Source of the DNA: Sarea resinae
Taxonomy: Eukaryota
Assembly (NCBI GenBank): GCA_026026165.1
Contig: JAPEUD010000033.1
Location: 124,001-188,000 of the forward strand
Direction: 5' to 3'
Length of the DNA stretch: 64,000 nt
The notes under the pieces are model-generated. The model was not told where the DNA came from and ran no database searches. It worked only from the letters and a program-made list of their open reading frames with translations. Below are positions 1 through 12,965 of the stretch, piece after piece. A program made the position numbers and the translations under genes. Positions within the stretch are counted from its first letter, which is position 1; each line of letters opens with the position of its first letter.

Positions 1-1060
1 GCACACCTTTGATTTGTACCATGCGGTATACCATTTCCTTTTTATCGTCCATGCCAATGCTGACTCGAGCGAAGCAGCCCGTAATGGCCTTCTCAAATCC
101 CGGATAGAAACAGACCTGGGCAAGATTGCTTCGTCCTACTTTGACCCGTTCAAAGTCTATCAATTCCGCCGGCTGCTCATTGGGTGCGGTGGATGTCGAC
201 CGTCGACGAACTTTATCGCCCTTATCCCATTCAACTTCATTCTCGCTCTCCCCTTCGGCGTCAGCATCTGAAAATCCGTCTTCGACTCGCTGTCGCTTAT
301 CACCGTCCTCATCGCGTTTCCTCTGCTCATTGTTGATACCTCTCTGCTCCCTCTGGCGCTTGTATTCTTCCAGCGGCTTTGAGCTCTCGCCGACCTTGCG
401 GCCCCCTAATGTGGTCTTCTGCCGAGAACTCTTCCGTTTCCGGTCATCCAGTTTTGTAGAAGTAGCTTTCCGTTTCCGGCCGCCCTCTGCCCCAGCACCA
501 TCAGACCTTCCCAACCTACGTCTCCTCAATATTTCGTTCTGGTGCGCTTCCTCCATTTCATTTGCACGTTCCGTAAGGATCGTCTCTCGCTCGATTTCGG
601 ACAATTTCATGATCTCGACCTTGTCCTGCTCCGATTTGAATCTCCCTTCTATCGGGTACAAACTAGCAGTTATTCCAAGCTCGGGTGACGCATCTGAATC
701 AGATTCGGACATCGACGCAGACTGAAGGGAGTTGGCTTCGGATGGCGCAGAAGAACTATTTGGTATTCAGCTATAGCCAGAATGTAGAAACGGATTTGCA
801 ACTTACGCCTCGCCTTCTTCTTCGGAATCGCCCCTATCGGCCTTCTTCGCGGCTCTCCTCCGCCCCCCCGCAGGCTGAGACGACTTTCTCGCAGAGCTCG
901 ATCTGGCTCTAGATTTGCTGCCAGCCTGCCCAGCGGGACCGTCAGACAGGGATGCGGGAGTTGGGGATCTAGCGCTTTTGGAGACTTGTCTGGGGACGTC
1001 CTCGTCGGAGGAGGTGTCACCACCGGCCAGAGCGAGTAGCTCTGCTTCGAGGTCTGCCAT
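1..1060 (-). CDS. RTF1: RNA polymerase-associated protein RTF1 (Paf1 complex, Plus3 domain); 5' part, runs off window start
   Basis: ATG 1060 MADLEAELLALAGG; GT-AG intron 756-806; exon 2 reads YPIEGRFKSEQDKVEIMKLSEIERETILTER...FERVKVGRSNLAQVCFYPGFEKAITGCFARVSIG (Plus3 start). Confidence 0.92.
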
Positions 1061-1881
1061 AGTGAAGGATGGTCGAGAAGTATGCTATAGGGTGAATGAG
1101 ACGTGACGGAATCGAGAAGCAAATCTGGTGCGCCGGCTGAAGGTCCCACTCGAACGGTTGTGAATTGCAGAGACCCGAGACCCGAGCTTCAGGGGGTCGT
1201 TGGAAATCCTTGAGATAGGCTCTGTATGAGGGCTGAAATGGATGAGGACGATTAGAGAGCAGGATCGGGCTGAGACGTGAGTGTGTAATGACGATATCGA
1301 GAGGATTCCGGTTGATTTCCAGTGGTGTGATGGCCGCAGAATGTGGAACAATCGTCGAAGCAAGTGAGAGAGCGAAGAGCCTTCAGTATTGGAAGTGAGA
1401 GGGAATAACAAGAGTGAATGCGCGGCGACGAGACGGACGGGTCACGGTCCCGACTTCCAGTTTGTTACGGAAGTCACGTTGTTCACCTTGAGGTGCTCCG
1501 CCTACCGGAGCAACGACACCTCGGCTTAGACGGGATGGGACTAGCGTTTACGGCAGACCACGACGACCATACACGCACCCAGCACGGCAAGGTACCTCCA
1601 GCTCGTACCTCGTACGTCCTCCGCTAAGGTTCAATGGACGCATCATGGCCTCCTGGACCGTAAGGTAGTCTCGGGCGAGGAAATGCAACACCATCGATCT
1701 GCTGCACAGAATCATCACGGCACCTTTGCGATACACATTTGCGACACTCATCCGAAGCGCCTCTCGTTTCTCCATCTGATTTCAATGATATGAGCACCGG
1801 CCCAAGCTTTGGTGGCGGGCAACAACATCTCAGGCGAACATCTCAACCTCAACCCTTGCGCCACCCTCACCCTCAGCCAAG

Positions 1882-2689
1882 ATGGGCGCAATAGCCATTG
1901 TACAGAGAGCAACGAAGCCGCCAGCGATTGGAGCACGTCCTTTTGCTTCAGACGTTTCCCGGGCTTGCCGTGCTCCCCATTGTGCGCGTCTGAGTACCGT
2001 AGCCGCCTCTTCAGGGTCCACACCGGGAGACCCATCTACCTCCAAGGGCCCACGCCCCTTCTCGAAAGAGCAGCGCGACTTCCTCGACGGTGCCGTAGGT
2101 GGATTCTGGTGACCACATATTCGCAATGAAGAACGTCATACTCACAAAATAACAGATAAGAGTGAATCAAGCGGGCGAGCTGGCCGCGACCTTGATCTAC
2201 GCCGCACAGTCACCTATCACGGTCAAAGCTCATCCACGCCTTCGACCTTTGATGAAGCACATGTATGATCAGGAGGTCGGACATTTCGATACTTTCAACA
2301 AATTGCTTGCCAAGCATCGGATTCGACCTACCGCTCTATATCCAGTCTGGCAAGTGGCCGCTACCGCTTTGGGATGGGGCACGGCAATGTTGGGACGGGA
2401 AGCTGCAATGGCTTGCACCGAGGCTGTTGAGACAGAGATTGGTGGACACTACAATAGCCAGCTACGGGTCTTGCTTGAATGGGTGAGAGAGATGGAGGCG
2501 AGAGGCGAGGACGTGGGTGATGAAGTGAAAGATATGGTGGCGACAATAAGAAGGATTCGGGACGAGGAACTCGAGCATTTGGATCACGCGGTCGAGAACG
2601 ATGCTAAATTGGCCGAGGGACATGAAATCCTTACTGCCGTGATCCGCGGAGGTTGTCGTACAGCAATTTGGGTCAGCGAGAAAGTATAA
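1882..2689 (+). CDS. COQ7: Mitochondrial 5-demethoxyubiquinone hydroxylase (di-iron)
   Basis: Exon 1 1882-2094 (Arg/Ser-rich presequence), intron 2095-2155, exon 2 IRVNQAGELAATLIY...MACTEAVETEIGGHYNSQ...IRDEELEHLDHA. Confidence 0.95.
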
Positions 2690-2915
2690 TGCGCACGTAA
2701 ACCTCGTAAATGTTTTCCTCTAGGCGTTGGTGTTTGATCATGTTATACTAAAACAGCCGATTCACTCAGACACCTCTGCAATGCACCTTCCTCTATGACA
2801 TTCTTGATCTGGTATGAGCCCATATATGCAGCCAGACTCCGGTCAATGTGAAAAAAAAAGAAAGGAAGAAAAGGCGAGAGCAATACGCCGAAAGTCCAAA
2901 CTATTGTCGACCCCT

Positions 2916-4325
2916 TCACTCAGTAGAATTCCCATCTGCGACGAGAAGCGCCTCCTCTTGCGAAGATCGGCCCGCGGGGTCGAGCCTTATCCGCCCCCCG
3001 CTATAGTTCCAAGGTCTCCACCATGAGGGCATTTTGTAGCTCAAGTGGCACAGGATCCCAGCTATGAATCCGACGGCATCGTTCCTGAAAGCCAACAACC
3101 CTCCGACAGTCATCATCATGACGGTCCACCGCTGCGTCCTCTCTTCTTGAGTTAGCTCCTTTGACTTGCGTCCAAAGACGGGGTCGTGTTCTTCTCCTTC
3201 CTCCACGTCAACTAAAAGGTCTCTAGCTCCCTGGTTCAAGCTCTCTCCAACCTTGGCAAGCTCTAGACCAGCTGCGATGATCATGACACCAAGAAAGGCG
3301 TGGGGAAAGCGCCGCAGTATGCCGACTAGACTATCCCCAAAGAAGAGCCCTAGAATGAGCTTGATGAGGCCCAGAAAGATGATGCTAGCTCCAGACCGGG
3401 CGCCAAAGCGGTATTGAGCTGCCAGGCCCCCAGAACCGTGACAAGTCGGCATCGCTCCAAACCAACAGCCTACGAGGTTCATTGCAGCAACGCTCAAACC
3501 TATTGACGTGGTCGTGGGCGTCGGAACGGATGGCAAGAGATCTGCAGACAGATGCGTAACCGCAATGATAGAATTAAGAGTGGTCAGAGGGAGTTGGCCA
3601 AGCCCTTCGATTGCTCCCGTTCGAAAAGCGGACGGAGACGGAACTAAGACGTGGGGCACCCAGAGGTGTAAAGACGGATGATCATCCGAGGTCATTCGTA
3701 CAATAGCAAAAGCAAGACCGAGAAGAAAAACAAGGAGGGCATATGGAACGCGGCGAAAGTTGGAGATGGCGAGGAGCGACAGAAACGCAAACAGCGCCCA
3801 AAGTAGATTGTCTGCCCAATTGGGATTGGACCAGCCCAGCGGCTGCAAAAGAGAGCTGCCGGCGGAGAGAACAAGGGAAAGACCGGCACCGACTTGGATC
3901 CCTTTGACCACGGGTATGGGGATGATACGGGTGAACCATCTCAAGGCCCCTGTGGCGCTGAAAACAAAGATCACCCCCGCCACGAACAGTCCAGCAGATG
4001 CCGTCTCCGACCGGGTAAAGGACCGCGATATTGCAACCGCGGCAATAACTTTCATAGGCTGTACAGGCAGTGGAATCCCAAAGGACAGGCCGGTCAGAAT
4101 ATTGGCAATTCCCGTGAAGACCAGCGTGGCCGAGAGCGAGATCGAGCCCGTGAGGGTAAGGGCGATAAGCAACGGTAGAAGCGTGCCTAGATCTCCAAGC
4201 GAACCCGAAATCTCAGCCAGCGGGGAATGCCTAAAGGTGTCGACATTATGCTTCTGCAGGCGGAGAAAGTCAACGCGCATTCTTGCTATTGCACTTGCCA
4301 TCGTACTTGCTATTGCACGCGCCAT
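2916..4325 (-). CDS. Molybdate transporter, MOT1 family (often annotated as sulfate transporter)
   Basis: Intronless 469-aa ORF with EISGSLGDLGTLLP, PLPVQPMK and MPTCHGSGGLAAQYRFGARSG motifs; many TM segments; true start may be one of the downstream Mets. Confidence 0.9.
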   Translation of the reverse strand: MARAIASTMASAIARMRVDFLRLQKHNVDTFRHSPLAEISGSLGDLGTLLPLLIALTLTGSISLSATLVFTGIANILTGLSFGIPLPVQPMKVIAAVAISRSFTRSETASAGLFVAGVIFVFSATGALRWFTRIIPIPVVKGIQVGAGLSLVLSAGSSLLQPLGWSNPNWADNLLWALFAFLSLLAISNFRRVPYALLVFLLGLAFAIVRMTSDDHPSLHLWVPHVLVPSPSAFRTGAIEGLGQLPLTTLNSIIAVTHLSADLLPSVPTPTTTSIGLSVAAMNLVGCWFGAMPTCHGSGGLAAQYRFGARSGASIIFLGLIKLILGLFFGDSLVGILRRFPHAFLGVMIIAAGLELAKVGESLNQGARDLLVDVEEGEEHDPVFGRKSKELTQEERTQRWTVMMMTVGGLLAFRNDAVGFIAGILCHLSYKMPSWWRPWNYSGGRIRLDPAGRSSQEEALLVADGNSTE

Positions 4326-4924
4326 GATGCAACACGCAAGTGAATGGGATGGAGATGGAGGCGGAGGTGACGATGAAGTCTGAGATGAGTATCAGTTGCC
4401 TTATCTAGGCAGGTACAGCAGACTGAAGTACTACGGAGGGTACGGACAGGGTGGCACTGGCCACGTGCGAAATCTGGCTTCGCTGGAGACGGGCCGAATA
4501 ACTACTCCGTAGCCCCATGATGTGCCAGGGGTAAGGCGTAAACATCGGGAACGGGCATTATTTTATCTCATAAAGTATAGAGTACGCCAGCGGTATTGTA
4601 CGATTTCACCATCGAGAAGAGTGGAATTCATGACCCTGCTCGGACTGTGGTCATCGCTCTACGTTCCATGTCTTCTGGACGAAATGGATAGGGGTTTACG
4701 CTCATGCTTGAGGGAGGGCCAAAGATGGCATCGTCGGTAGCCAAATCCTACCGGGTCGCTGCAATACACGCACCAAGCCTCATGCGCCGAACTTCTCCAA
4801 AACTTCCGAGGTCGCTCCGTGGTATGCTGAGAGCACGAACAGAAAAAGACTGGAAAGGAGAACGGACAAAGGAAAATCGCACGACAGATGCTACATGAAA
4901 TGACTTGCACGCAAGGATGCCGAG

Positions 4925-7900
4925 TCAGTCCCTCATCGCTTCTTCTGCCGCCCTACCACTCACCCACATTCCGTCATCCTCTCCGGCTAAAACGCTTTTC
5001 GCACCCATGGCTCGGGATCGTGCATTCTGTTCTCGATATACTAGACTTGCCTCGAGCCTTGATATGTGAGCAGGGGTTGCATCGTTCGCGGGCGCCCACG
5101 TGTTCACGTTCCTCTTGTCCCGGTCGAGCTCCTCCGCACTCCACTTTGGCCGACCATCCTTGGTGTCCTCCTCCCATAGCTCATGTCTGTGACAGAATCC
5201 CATGAATGCCGTCCACAAGGGATCTCGAGACAGAGTCCATGGATTTCCGATGACAACGAGTCCCTCTTTCGCCCGAGTTAGGGCGACATTGAAACGTTTA
5301 GCCTCGTTGATGATACCCATATCCCGCTCGTGATCCTGAGACAGGAATCGCGACCGCGTCCGAGTGGTGCAAATGATGAACAAGCGGCCTTCGAGCCCCT
5401 GAAAAGCTTCCATGGGCCCAATATTAACTGCGTGAAATCCATATGGTGGTGCTCTAATAGTCCGACGAAGCATAGCTACCTGTGCTCGGAAAGGACTTAT
5501 GATGCAGATATCTCGTTGTTCAATGAGATTGGACTCGATTAACGATCTTGCATACTCGCAAGCTTTGAATGACTCCCTCTCATTGAACCAACCCCATCCG
5601 TTCAGCTCAAGGTCATCATCACCACCGTTGCAAGCGAACAAGACTGGCCATCTACGACCCTTCCAACCTGACCAGCTTTCAAGACCATTCGTATTTGTTG
5701 CATCTTGTATTAAAGTATCACTGTAGAATAATACGTTCGGTATAGCCAAGATGGCAGGGTGTGAGCGGTAGTTTCGGAACAGGTTTACGAACGGAGGAGC
5801 TAACATAGGTAACATCGACCGAGTTAAGACGTTTGCTGACTGTGATTGCGCCTGCTTATATCCCCGTGCTAGTGGATGCTCCTTGTATAATGGCCTCTCT
5901 GCTAGTCGCTCCAAAAGACTGGTTTCCAAAGCAGGATTTTTTGAGGCAGTGCGTGGACCCAATTGATGCTGATCCCCGGCCATGACGACATATGGGACAG
6001 TCTTTGTTGCGAAGCTTGCGGGAGGAGCTACAACCGTAAGAGCTATGCTGATTTCTGGTTCTGTTGCTTGTGCTGCCTCATCGACTAAGACGCCATCCCA
6101 ATGCAGTTCAAGGGGATGGTCAATCGTCTCGGGACGTAGACCCATTAGGAGTCCATGCTCTAGTTGGTGGAGATCTCTATTGGTCACCCGTGCTTGGACA
6201 AGCATATCGGCATCGCGACAACTTGTGACGATGACTCTGTATGACATCAGTTTCCGGAATGGAGGTAGCGAGAATATTTCTCCATCCACGTAACAGTATG
6301 GGAGCAACTCGCCCGGAACCTCGGCAAAGGTCCGAGAAGTTGAGTTCAATCTAAACATTTGAGTCGGAGGTAAGGTCAATCGTAGTCTGAGAGCGAGAGT
6401 GTCTGCAGCAGGATCTGAAGGCGCACAAAGCAGGACGTGTGGATCATCATCTCTGCCAGAATTCATCCCTTCAGAGATAATACACAATACCGCTTCCACA
6501 ATCGTTTTCGTCTTGCCTGTACCAGGAGGTCCGGATATGAGGAACGGTACCTTTCCATAAGTTTGAGACATGATAGCATCAACTGCTTTCTAGGAAGTAG
6601 TTAGTCTCCCATGTGAACTTTTCAATAAGCTACTTAGAACGATCCCATGTATGAGGCCTCAGCGTAAATGCAAGGAAATCTAGACAAGCATAACGACAGC
6701 TGGAAAAGTGAAGCACTGCCGAAAACTTTCCGCAATCGATCGAGTTGGGCACGTCCTCCGAAAGTTCCACGTAAGCAATTCCGTGACAGGGAGTCTCACC
6801 TTCTGCTCGTAATTCAAGTCTCGATCAAAGTATACTCGCCCAAAAATCCTCCCCCCCTTCAATTCCCTTTGGATGGCTCCGTCGGATTCCTCTGGGAACA
6901 GCACACTTCTGATCCAGTAGGTATTGCTAACTAGAAAGGGCTGATCGGAATGCAGGGAGTGTGCTCTGTCAGAGATATTCCCCGAATCAGTCGATGTGTT
7001 GCCATTGGAGGGGTCTCTGCTCATCGGTTGTGATAGAGACAGACTTCTAGCTATAGGAAGATCCCTGTTGACGGCGTTCGGTAAGTCCGATATTCCTCCT
7101 TGGCCCTGACGTGCTTCCGCGCGGCGTAGTAAGGCAGCGACGTCCGATATAGCTCTCTGCAGAGGGAGCAACTTTCTTGTCTGCACCAAGAACATGACAT
7201 TGAATACGAGGCCTTCAAGTTGCAGATCATCGATCCTCAGCAGCAAAGTTTCCTTGGCCCTGTCCAGGCCCCAGACGCATGCATTGTGGTGGATCCCTGT
7301 AAACCCCGGAGCAATTTCACCTCGTTCACGAGCACCCGAAGCCACCCATGCAGCCATGGAGCGCGGCATCAACGTCGTTGGGTCGAGGCGAAGTTGGCGC
7401 ATCATGACAGTATCACCAAGGTCGACCCTTGGAGTGTTCTCTCGCAAGCCAGGAACATGCATTGTGTACAAGTGCTGACCGATGTCAACAAGGCGGATTT
7501 CCATTTTGAAAAGATCATAGTAGCTGGTCTCTTGTACGAGAGCTTTGACCTCCTCTCGAACACAGTCCTCAAAATGGGTCTGATACTCCACCGGGTTGAA
7601 GTTTTGTGACGTCAAGTCGGCGCTGTTCCGTCTGATGGGTGGCCATGGATGAGGCAAGGGACGATAGGAGCCCAGGAAAGTATAGCCAGCAAAAGATTTG
7701 ACGTATTCCTCATAATCGATTTCAGCAACCGGTTTGCTGTTAATGTAGATGGATGGAGATGCATTGACAGCCCTTAGGACATCTGGGATGAACGGTCGCG
7801 CATAGACATCTGGCCGCCAGTTGCTCCCAGTAGTGCCAGCCGGGTCTATGGTCTGTGGATTCAAGGCAGGCGGCGAAGTATGCTCCGTGATCGTGGACCG

Positions 7901-7987
7901 CGGGTTTCCTTTGTACTGGCTGGCTTGCGAATGAGGGATGTATGATCGGGGTGGCTGCCAAACATTCCCGAACGGAAGCAACGACAT
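4925..7987 (-). CDS. UPF1-like SF1 RNA helicase of the MOV10/Armitage/SDE3 type
   Basis: Exons ~7987-6800 and 6589-4925 joined by a 210-nt intron; motifs VPGLRENTP, GPPGTGKTKT, LLCAPSDPAAD, DEAAQATEPE, AGDQHQLGP, NYRSHPAIL, EAFQGLE, RFNVALTRAKE; start codon uncertain. Confidence 0.88.
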
Positions 7988-10900
7988 TGGCCTTGGAGAG
8001 ACAGATGATCGCGTCCGTGAGGCCCAAGTTTGAGCTTCAGTGGACGAGAATGTGGAGCTGTACTGCCAATTCTCTCCAGGGCGAGCAATGCAATGTAAAG
8101 GTGTTGGACGAGGAGGAGGGATGTTTGATCTGGGCGCCAGAATCACGCGCAAGAGATCCGTGCTTGGAGGTCGTTCCCGTCACGATGTGAGATATCCAAA
8201 CAAGCAGACTGCGACTCAGAAGGGCAGGAACAAGGGTAGCGAAAACAACCGTTAGCACCGCGATCAGCAAGGTCAGCGTCAACAGCAGGAGACATGTCAT
8301 ATCGACCATGGAGCGAGCGGTATATACACCGTAGAATGGATAGCAAGCAAGTGGCCCAGACGTGTGAATGGCCTTTCGTAGACGAGGATCCCGCTCAGAG
8401 GAGCAGTAGGTATCATGTATGTCAAGCAAGTTGAATCAGAACCGTTGCAGTGGCGGATGAATCAAAGTAAGTTGGTCTCCGGGAGCGCTCGAAAGCATCG
8501 TCAAGGCTCTGGTCCATGACCGCCATACATATCTCCCATCTCCAGCTCCAGACAGGAATGGAAGGTATCGAGAGTAGAGTACAGAGTAGATGATCGGAGA
8601 AGACACGGGGCGAAAGCAACGCGTCTATCGCGTGTGCCGGAGAGTGCGTCATTGATGAGTATTGATGAGTATTGATGAGTCAACTTGGAAGCGCGTCGTG
8701 TGTGTCGTGTATCGTGTGTCGCGTGTCCTGAGCAGGGCAGTGTGTACGGTGTACCTCTTTACTCCCTCGAGTACCGAAGACGAATGTCCGACTTGGTACT
8801 TCTCTACTCAGATACGACCTAGAGAGCACCCGATGAATCGCAGTCAGCTATCCTTGGCTACATGGTAGCTACCGAGTACGAAGTACCTCATCCGGAGAGT
8901 ACGAGTACCTTGCCCTTACCAAGACCTGAGAGAGATCCATGGCTACCTTTACCTTACTGCGCCAGCCACAGCGTTAGATGGATCTGATCTGATCTTCTCA
9001 TCTTCCGCCTCCATTCCCATTCCCATTCCCATTCCCATGCGCCCCGTCAACGTTTTCTTCTCGATACTTCTTCTCGGACTTCTCCACGGCTACCGGCATT
9101 GGCTCGCCCTCTTATGGTCGTCCATGCTGGCGTCCCTGATGGCGCCCATGATGGTCTTCCATGATGCAAGGCCATGGACGTCGTCACCTGCAGGTGTCGA
9201 TGAGCAAGGTAAGGCATAAGGCAAGGAGCCGCCGCTCCGACCTATGAAGCTCACCGAGTCACACCGTTCATCTCTGCCATGGTCTCCGGTCAAAAGCCTG
9301 ATGAAATGAATCAAACAATTCAAGACTACGAATAGCTGTCTATTTGACTTGGGTTGCCACTTGGCACTCGGGCATCAACAAGCATGCGACACCACCACCA
9401 CCACCACCACCACCACCCACTGACACCTCACCCACTACCTGCCCGCCCACCACAGCTTGGCTAACGATGTTGCACACACGTTTCCACCATGTACCCCTAT
9501 ACCAGCCTATAGGCAGTGGTCTGGGCCCAGCCGTCTGAGGTTGTCAAACAAGTTGAACACACAGGCGTCTGTCTCTGGCGGTATGCCCTGTAGGTCCGGT
9601 AGGTCCTGTATGTCTTGTATGTCTTGCATCAAAGCCAGAGGTCGGTCTCAAGCATCCGCCTCCACTCCGCTCGAAATTGCAAGATACAGATTACCGTCGA
9701 GACAAGGCCTTTGTCAGCGAATCAAGCCGTCCGCCCAGTCAGACGTTCTGCAGCCGCGGTGCCACGACAGGTCGGGACTGTTGCATGCTTGCTTGCTTGC
9801 TTGCAGCCACTAGAACACCTGGCTTGACCGTCTGTCAGCCCCAATGGCGCTCTCGATACGGACTAACGTACAGCACCAAGGGGGAGGCTGTCCTGCTCTT
9901 TCCCGAGGGCCACGGTCGTGTGTGGGACAGCCTGTCCTTCTGGTCTTGTTTTCTTTCGCCTCATCCGCATCCTTGGGACGATCTTTGATTTGACCATCTC
10001 CCCACGGACGAAGTACAGTGAGCTTTCCTGGGCCTTGCCGGCCTCGTTTGGCCCGACTGGCCTTCCTCGCCTTTCCCGGCCTTCACTGCAAGGCGTTCTT
10101 CGTCCACACGGACTTCCTTAGAGCGACTCACTTCTGGATCTCGCATGAGGGCGGGCAAGCCTTAGTTAGTATGGCGAGCCCGGCTCGATCGAGTAGAGTT
10201 CTGCCTCGAGCTGCGAGATACGCGGTGGGGATGCATGATCCGCTGTCATCTTGAGCTTGAAGCTGCCAAGCAGTCAGAGGTCCAACTGTATCGTGTTCTT
10301 GGGGATCGCATTCTTCGATGCGGCCGTCCGCCGTGTTGCACAGGGCCGGTGCTGTCCGTCAACGTGGTCGTAGCAACGTTTGATTCTCCACGTACGGCCC
10401 CATCATCTCCTTAGCATCTGACAGTTGCCTCGCACCCGGAGATCCAGCCAGCCCGGTATCACTGAACGCCTTGCCTCGACATCTTGCGTTGCCGAGTCTG
10501 ATCTGGGTTGACGCTGGGTTGACATGCCTCCTGGGGTTTCATATCCTTCTCTCTGAATGCTTCGGCGAATTTTGCCTCCTGTATCTTGCTGGTACTCTCA
10601 TAGCTGTCATCGTTGCCATTATAATGAATGATAATAGCTGCTTATTTGACGTCGCTCTGAGTCGTTGCAAATCAAGCTGCAGCTGATTCTGGAGCCTATG
10701 AAATCTTCGCTGTCTCGACGTCCTTTCCTTCATCTGGGACTCATTTGCAGATGGTACGACCACGCTGTGAGTGCCCTAAGCGCAGCACGATCCACCGTCG
10801 TTTTGAAGTCCGTTTCACTCACCAAGGATAGCGGAAATCCATTACGACTTCTTCCAGACGAGCCTGCCTGCCTGACTACCTTGTTGACGACGATAATACG

Positions 10901-11240
10901 TGAATCGCCAGGCTGCGAGAAAGACGTGCAGTTGACCTCGCCTCTCGAGTCGGATGGATCTAACTAGAGTGACGGATTGCCATCGCCGCCTACCGGCATA
11001 CGTCGTATGCATTGCACTTGAGGGCATCGCATCTGGAGAACGGTATCGGACTTCTGAAGGTACTTCCTTGGCCCGGGCTGACGTCCTCATAACCCCCTGA
11101 CTTGCCCTCTGAACGTTCATCCATTTGCATCACCCCGAAGACCATCTATGATAATGTAAATATCATTCACCTCCTAGGAGCGAGATCTCATTATTTGCTC
11201 CCTCGAGACTTGCCAAAAGTCCCTTAGCGGCGGTGCCGGC

Positions 11241-12965
11241 ATGGATATTGCCTCGATATTGAATCCCGTGCCGAGACCTACTAGGGCACCAGATTGCATA
11301 TGGACCAACTTCCACAATTCACTTGAGCCAGAGCCATTGGGTATGACTGACGTCGTGGGGATTCACATCTTCAGTGACCAAAACGTGAATTGGCCCAATA
11401 GACCGCCAAGCGCTCGCTATAAATCCTCCAGCAGCCGCAGCAGCTTCTCTTCAATCTCGTCCTCTAACGCCTTTTCTTCAGCAACCTCAGCAACCTCACC
11501 GACCCTCGAATCTGACCACGGCCCACGTTGCGTCTCAAAAGACTGTGCCTCTCGCTCTTTACGCACCACCGGCCAGCCTCTCGCATCCGCCGCATCCTTT
11601 TCAGCCGGCCAAGGCATTCTGCTGAATAGATTCCAAGTCGCAGGCGACAGACATCTACTTCTTTCGAGTATTATTGCCGGTCCGCCCCCCGATATGGCTT
11701 CTTCCCAGACACCTCTAGGACCGGTCGAGGGTCCTGCATCAGAGAGTCCGTTGATCCTAGGCAATTCTGAGTCTGTACTCCTGCCACAGCGTCGAAAAGC
11801 TGTAGGTGTCCCTGCCGATCCACGTGCTATGACTGTTTCCACCGAAGATATTTGCATTGGATCCGGACCGTCAAATGATGCGAGATCGAATTCCCCCCAT
11901 GATGTCAACTCGCGAAGTTCATTTCGTTCGCGCCGTATCACAAAAACACCAAATTACTTTTACTCTACTGACCGATCCCTGATACACACGGCACAGGCCT
12001 CGAATTTCGCCTCGGACGTTTCAGCAGACGTCGATGTTCAGATGTCTGTGGAGGATGGAAGTAACCTAGATGCAGAACCCAACCTTCTTCTGTCCCCCAT
12101 GACTCCTGCCACGGCTCAAGAGATCGCAGACCCGGGACCCAAGTGCTCCTACGCCGAAAATTGCACGACTGGCTCTCCATTGAGAAAGGTCGTGTCCCAC
12201 ATTTTCGGTCGGAACAAACTCTGCACTCGACAGATTCCTCAAGGGGTCTGGGTTCACTACTGCCGAAAGCACTATCAACGAAGCCGTTATAGAAACCCCA
12301 GAGGCTTTGCCCTTCTACAATGCGACCTCGTCCGCAAACAAATCGACCGTCTGGATAGCTGGGGTGGCGTCGCAAGCTGGATTGTCAAGGTGAGGAAGAG
12401 AGAGGAGATCAGATTGAGCCTCGAAGATGTCGAAATCGCTGCTAGCTCTTTGAGTCAGCAAAACCCCGAGGTGTCTGGCTCGGCTGAGTCTGCTCCGGAG
12501 GGCATGAATGCTGGGTCCACTGATAACATTGAATCCTCAAGATGGATGAAAGAATTCACCGGGAATGGCAAATCGACGAGAGAGGTTCTGGATGTTCTCG
12601 ACCGAATCGAGCTACAAATCGCCGAGTTTGGAGGGAATTTTCCGGATGTGGAAATCCTGCCTAATGTCTGTCTGGAAGTGCCCAGCATCGCCAGAGAGGG
12701 TGCGACACCGCGAGGGCGACCGGCAGAGCGGAGAACGATCGTGTCTAGCCGCGCTCGGCGGGAGCGCGATCATGGTCCTCAAGCAGAGTGTTCCCTTTCC
12801 CGGGTTTCACGAGGGAAGCGTAAGGAGCAGAACGATGGTATTCGCCAAGGGGGCTCATCTTCCCGGGAAGATTCACATCGATCATCATCGAACATTCCCC
12901 ATGGCTTCCAGACCACACTAGACCTCAGCGCGAAGCGACGCCGAACAGGCGCTGGCAGTCAATGA
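11241..12965 (+). CDS. ORP1-like fungal-specific nuclear protein (putative transcription regulator)
   Basis: 574-aa ORF; conserved Cys/His block CSYAENCTTGSPLRKVVSHIFGRNKLCTRQIP..WVHYCRKHYQRSRYRN..LQCDLV; C-terminal FPDVEILP and a KRRR NLS-like motif. Confidence 0.75.
   Translation: MDIASILNPVPRPTRAPDCIWTNFHNSLEPEPLGMTDVVGIHIFSDQNVNWPNRPPSARYKSSSSRSSFSSISSSNAFSSATSATSPTLESDHGPRCVSKDCASRSLRTTGQPLASAASFSAGQGILLNRFQVAGDRHLLLSSIIAGPPPDMASSQTPLGPVEGPASESPLILGNSESVLLPQRRKAVGVPADPRAMTVSTEDICIGSGPSNDARSNSPHDVNSRSSFRSRRITKTPNYFYSTDRSLIHTAQASNFASDVSADVDVQMSVEDGSNLDAEPNLLLSPMTPATAQEIADPGPKCSYAENCTTGSPLRKVVSHIFGRNKLCTRQIPQGVWVHYCRKHYQRSRYRNPRGFALLQCDLVRKQIDRLDSWGGVASWIVKVRKREEIRLSLEDVEIAASSLSQQNPEVSGSAESAPEGMNAGSTDNIESSRWMKEFTGNGKSTREVLDVLDRIELQIAEFGGNFPDVEILPNVCLEVPSIAREGATPRGRPAERRTIVSSRARRERDHGPQAECSLSRVSRGKRKEQNDGIRQGGSSSREDSHRSSSNIPHGFQTTLDLSAKRRRTGAGSQ

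Noticed and set aside
126..725. 199-aa plus-strand ORF (and similar antisense ORFs over MOT1, MRPL22, SPT6, OSH3)
   Set aside because: Antisense shadows of real genes
6620..6680. TPP riboswitch in helicase intron (GCTGAG...ATAC on sense strand)
   Set aside because: Lacks the CTTGATC and TAAT..GCG core elements; host gene unrelated to thiamine
4925..7987. Functional linkage of the MOV10/SDE3 helicase to the TE-fragment block
   Set aside because: 23 kb apart with unrelated housekeeping genes between; proximity alone is not evidence
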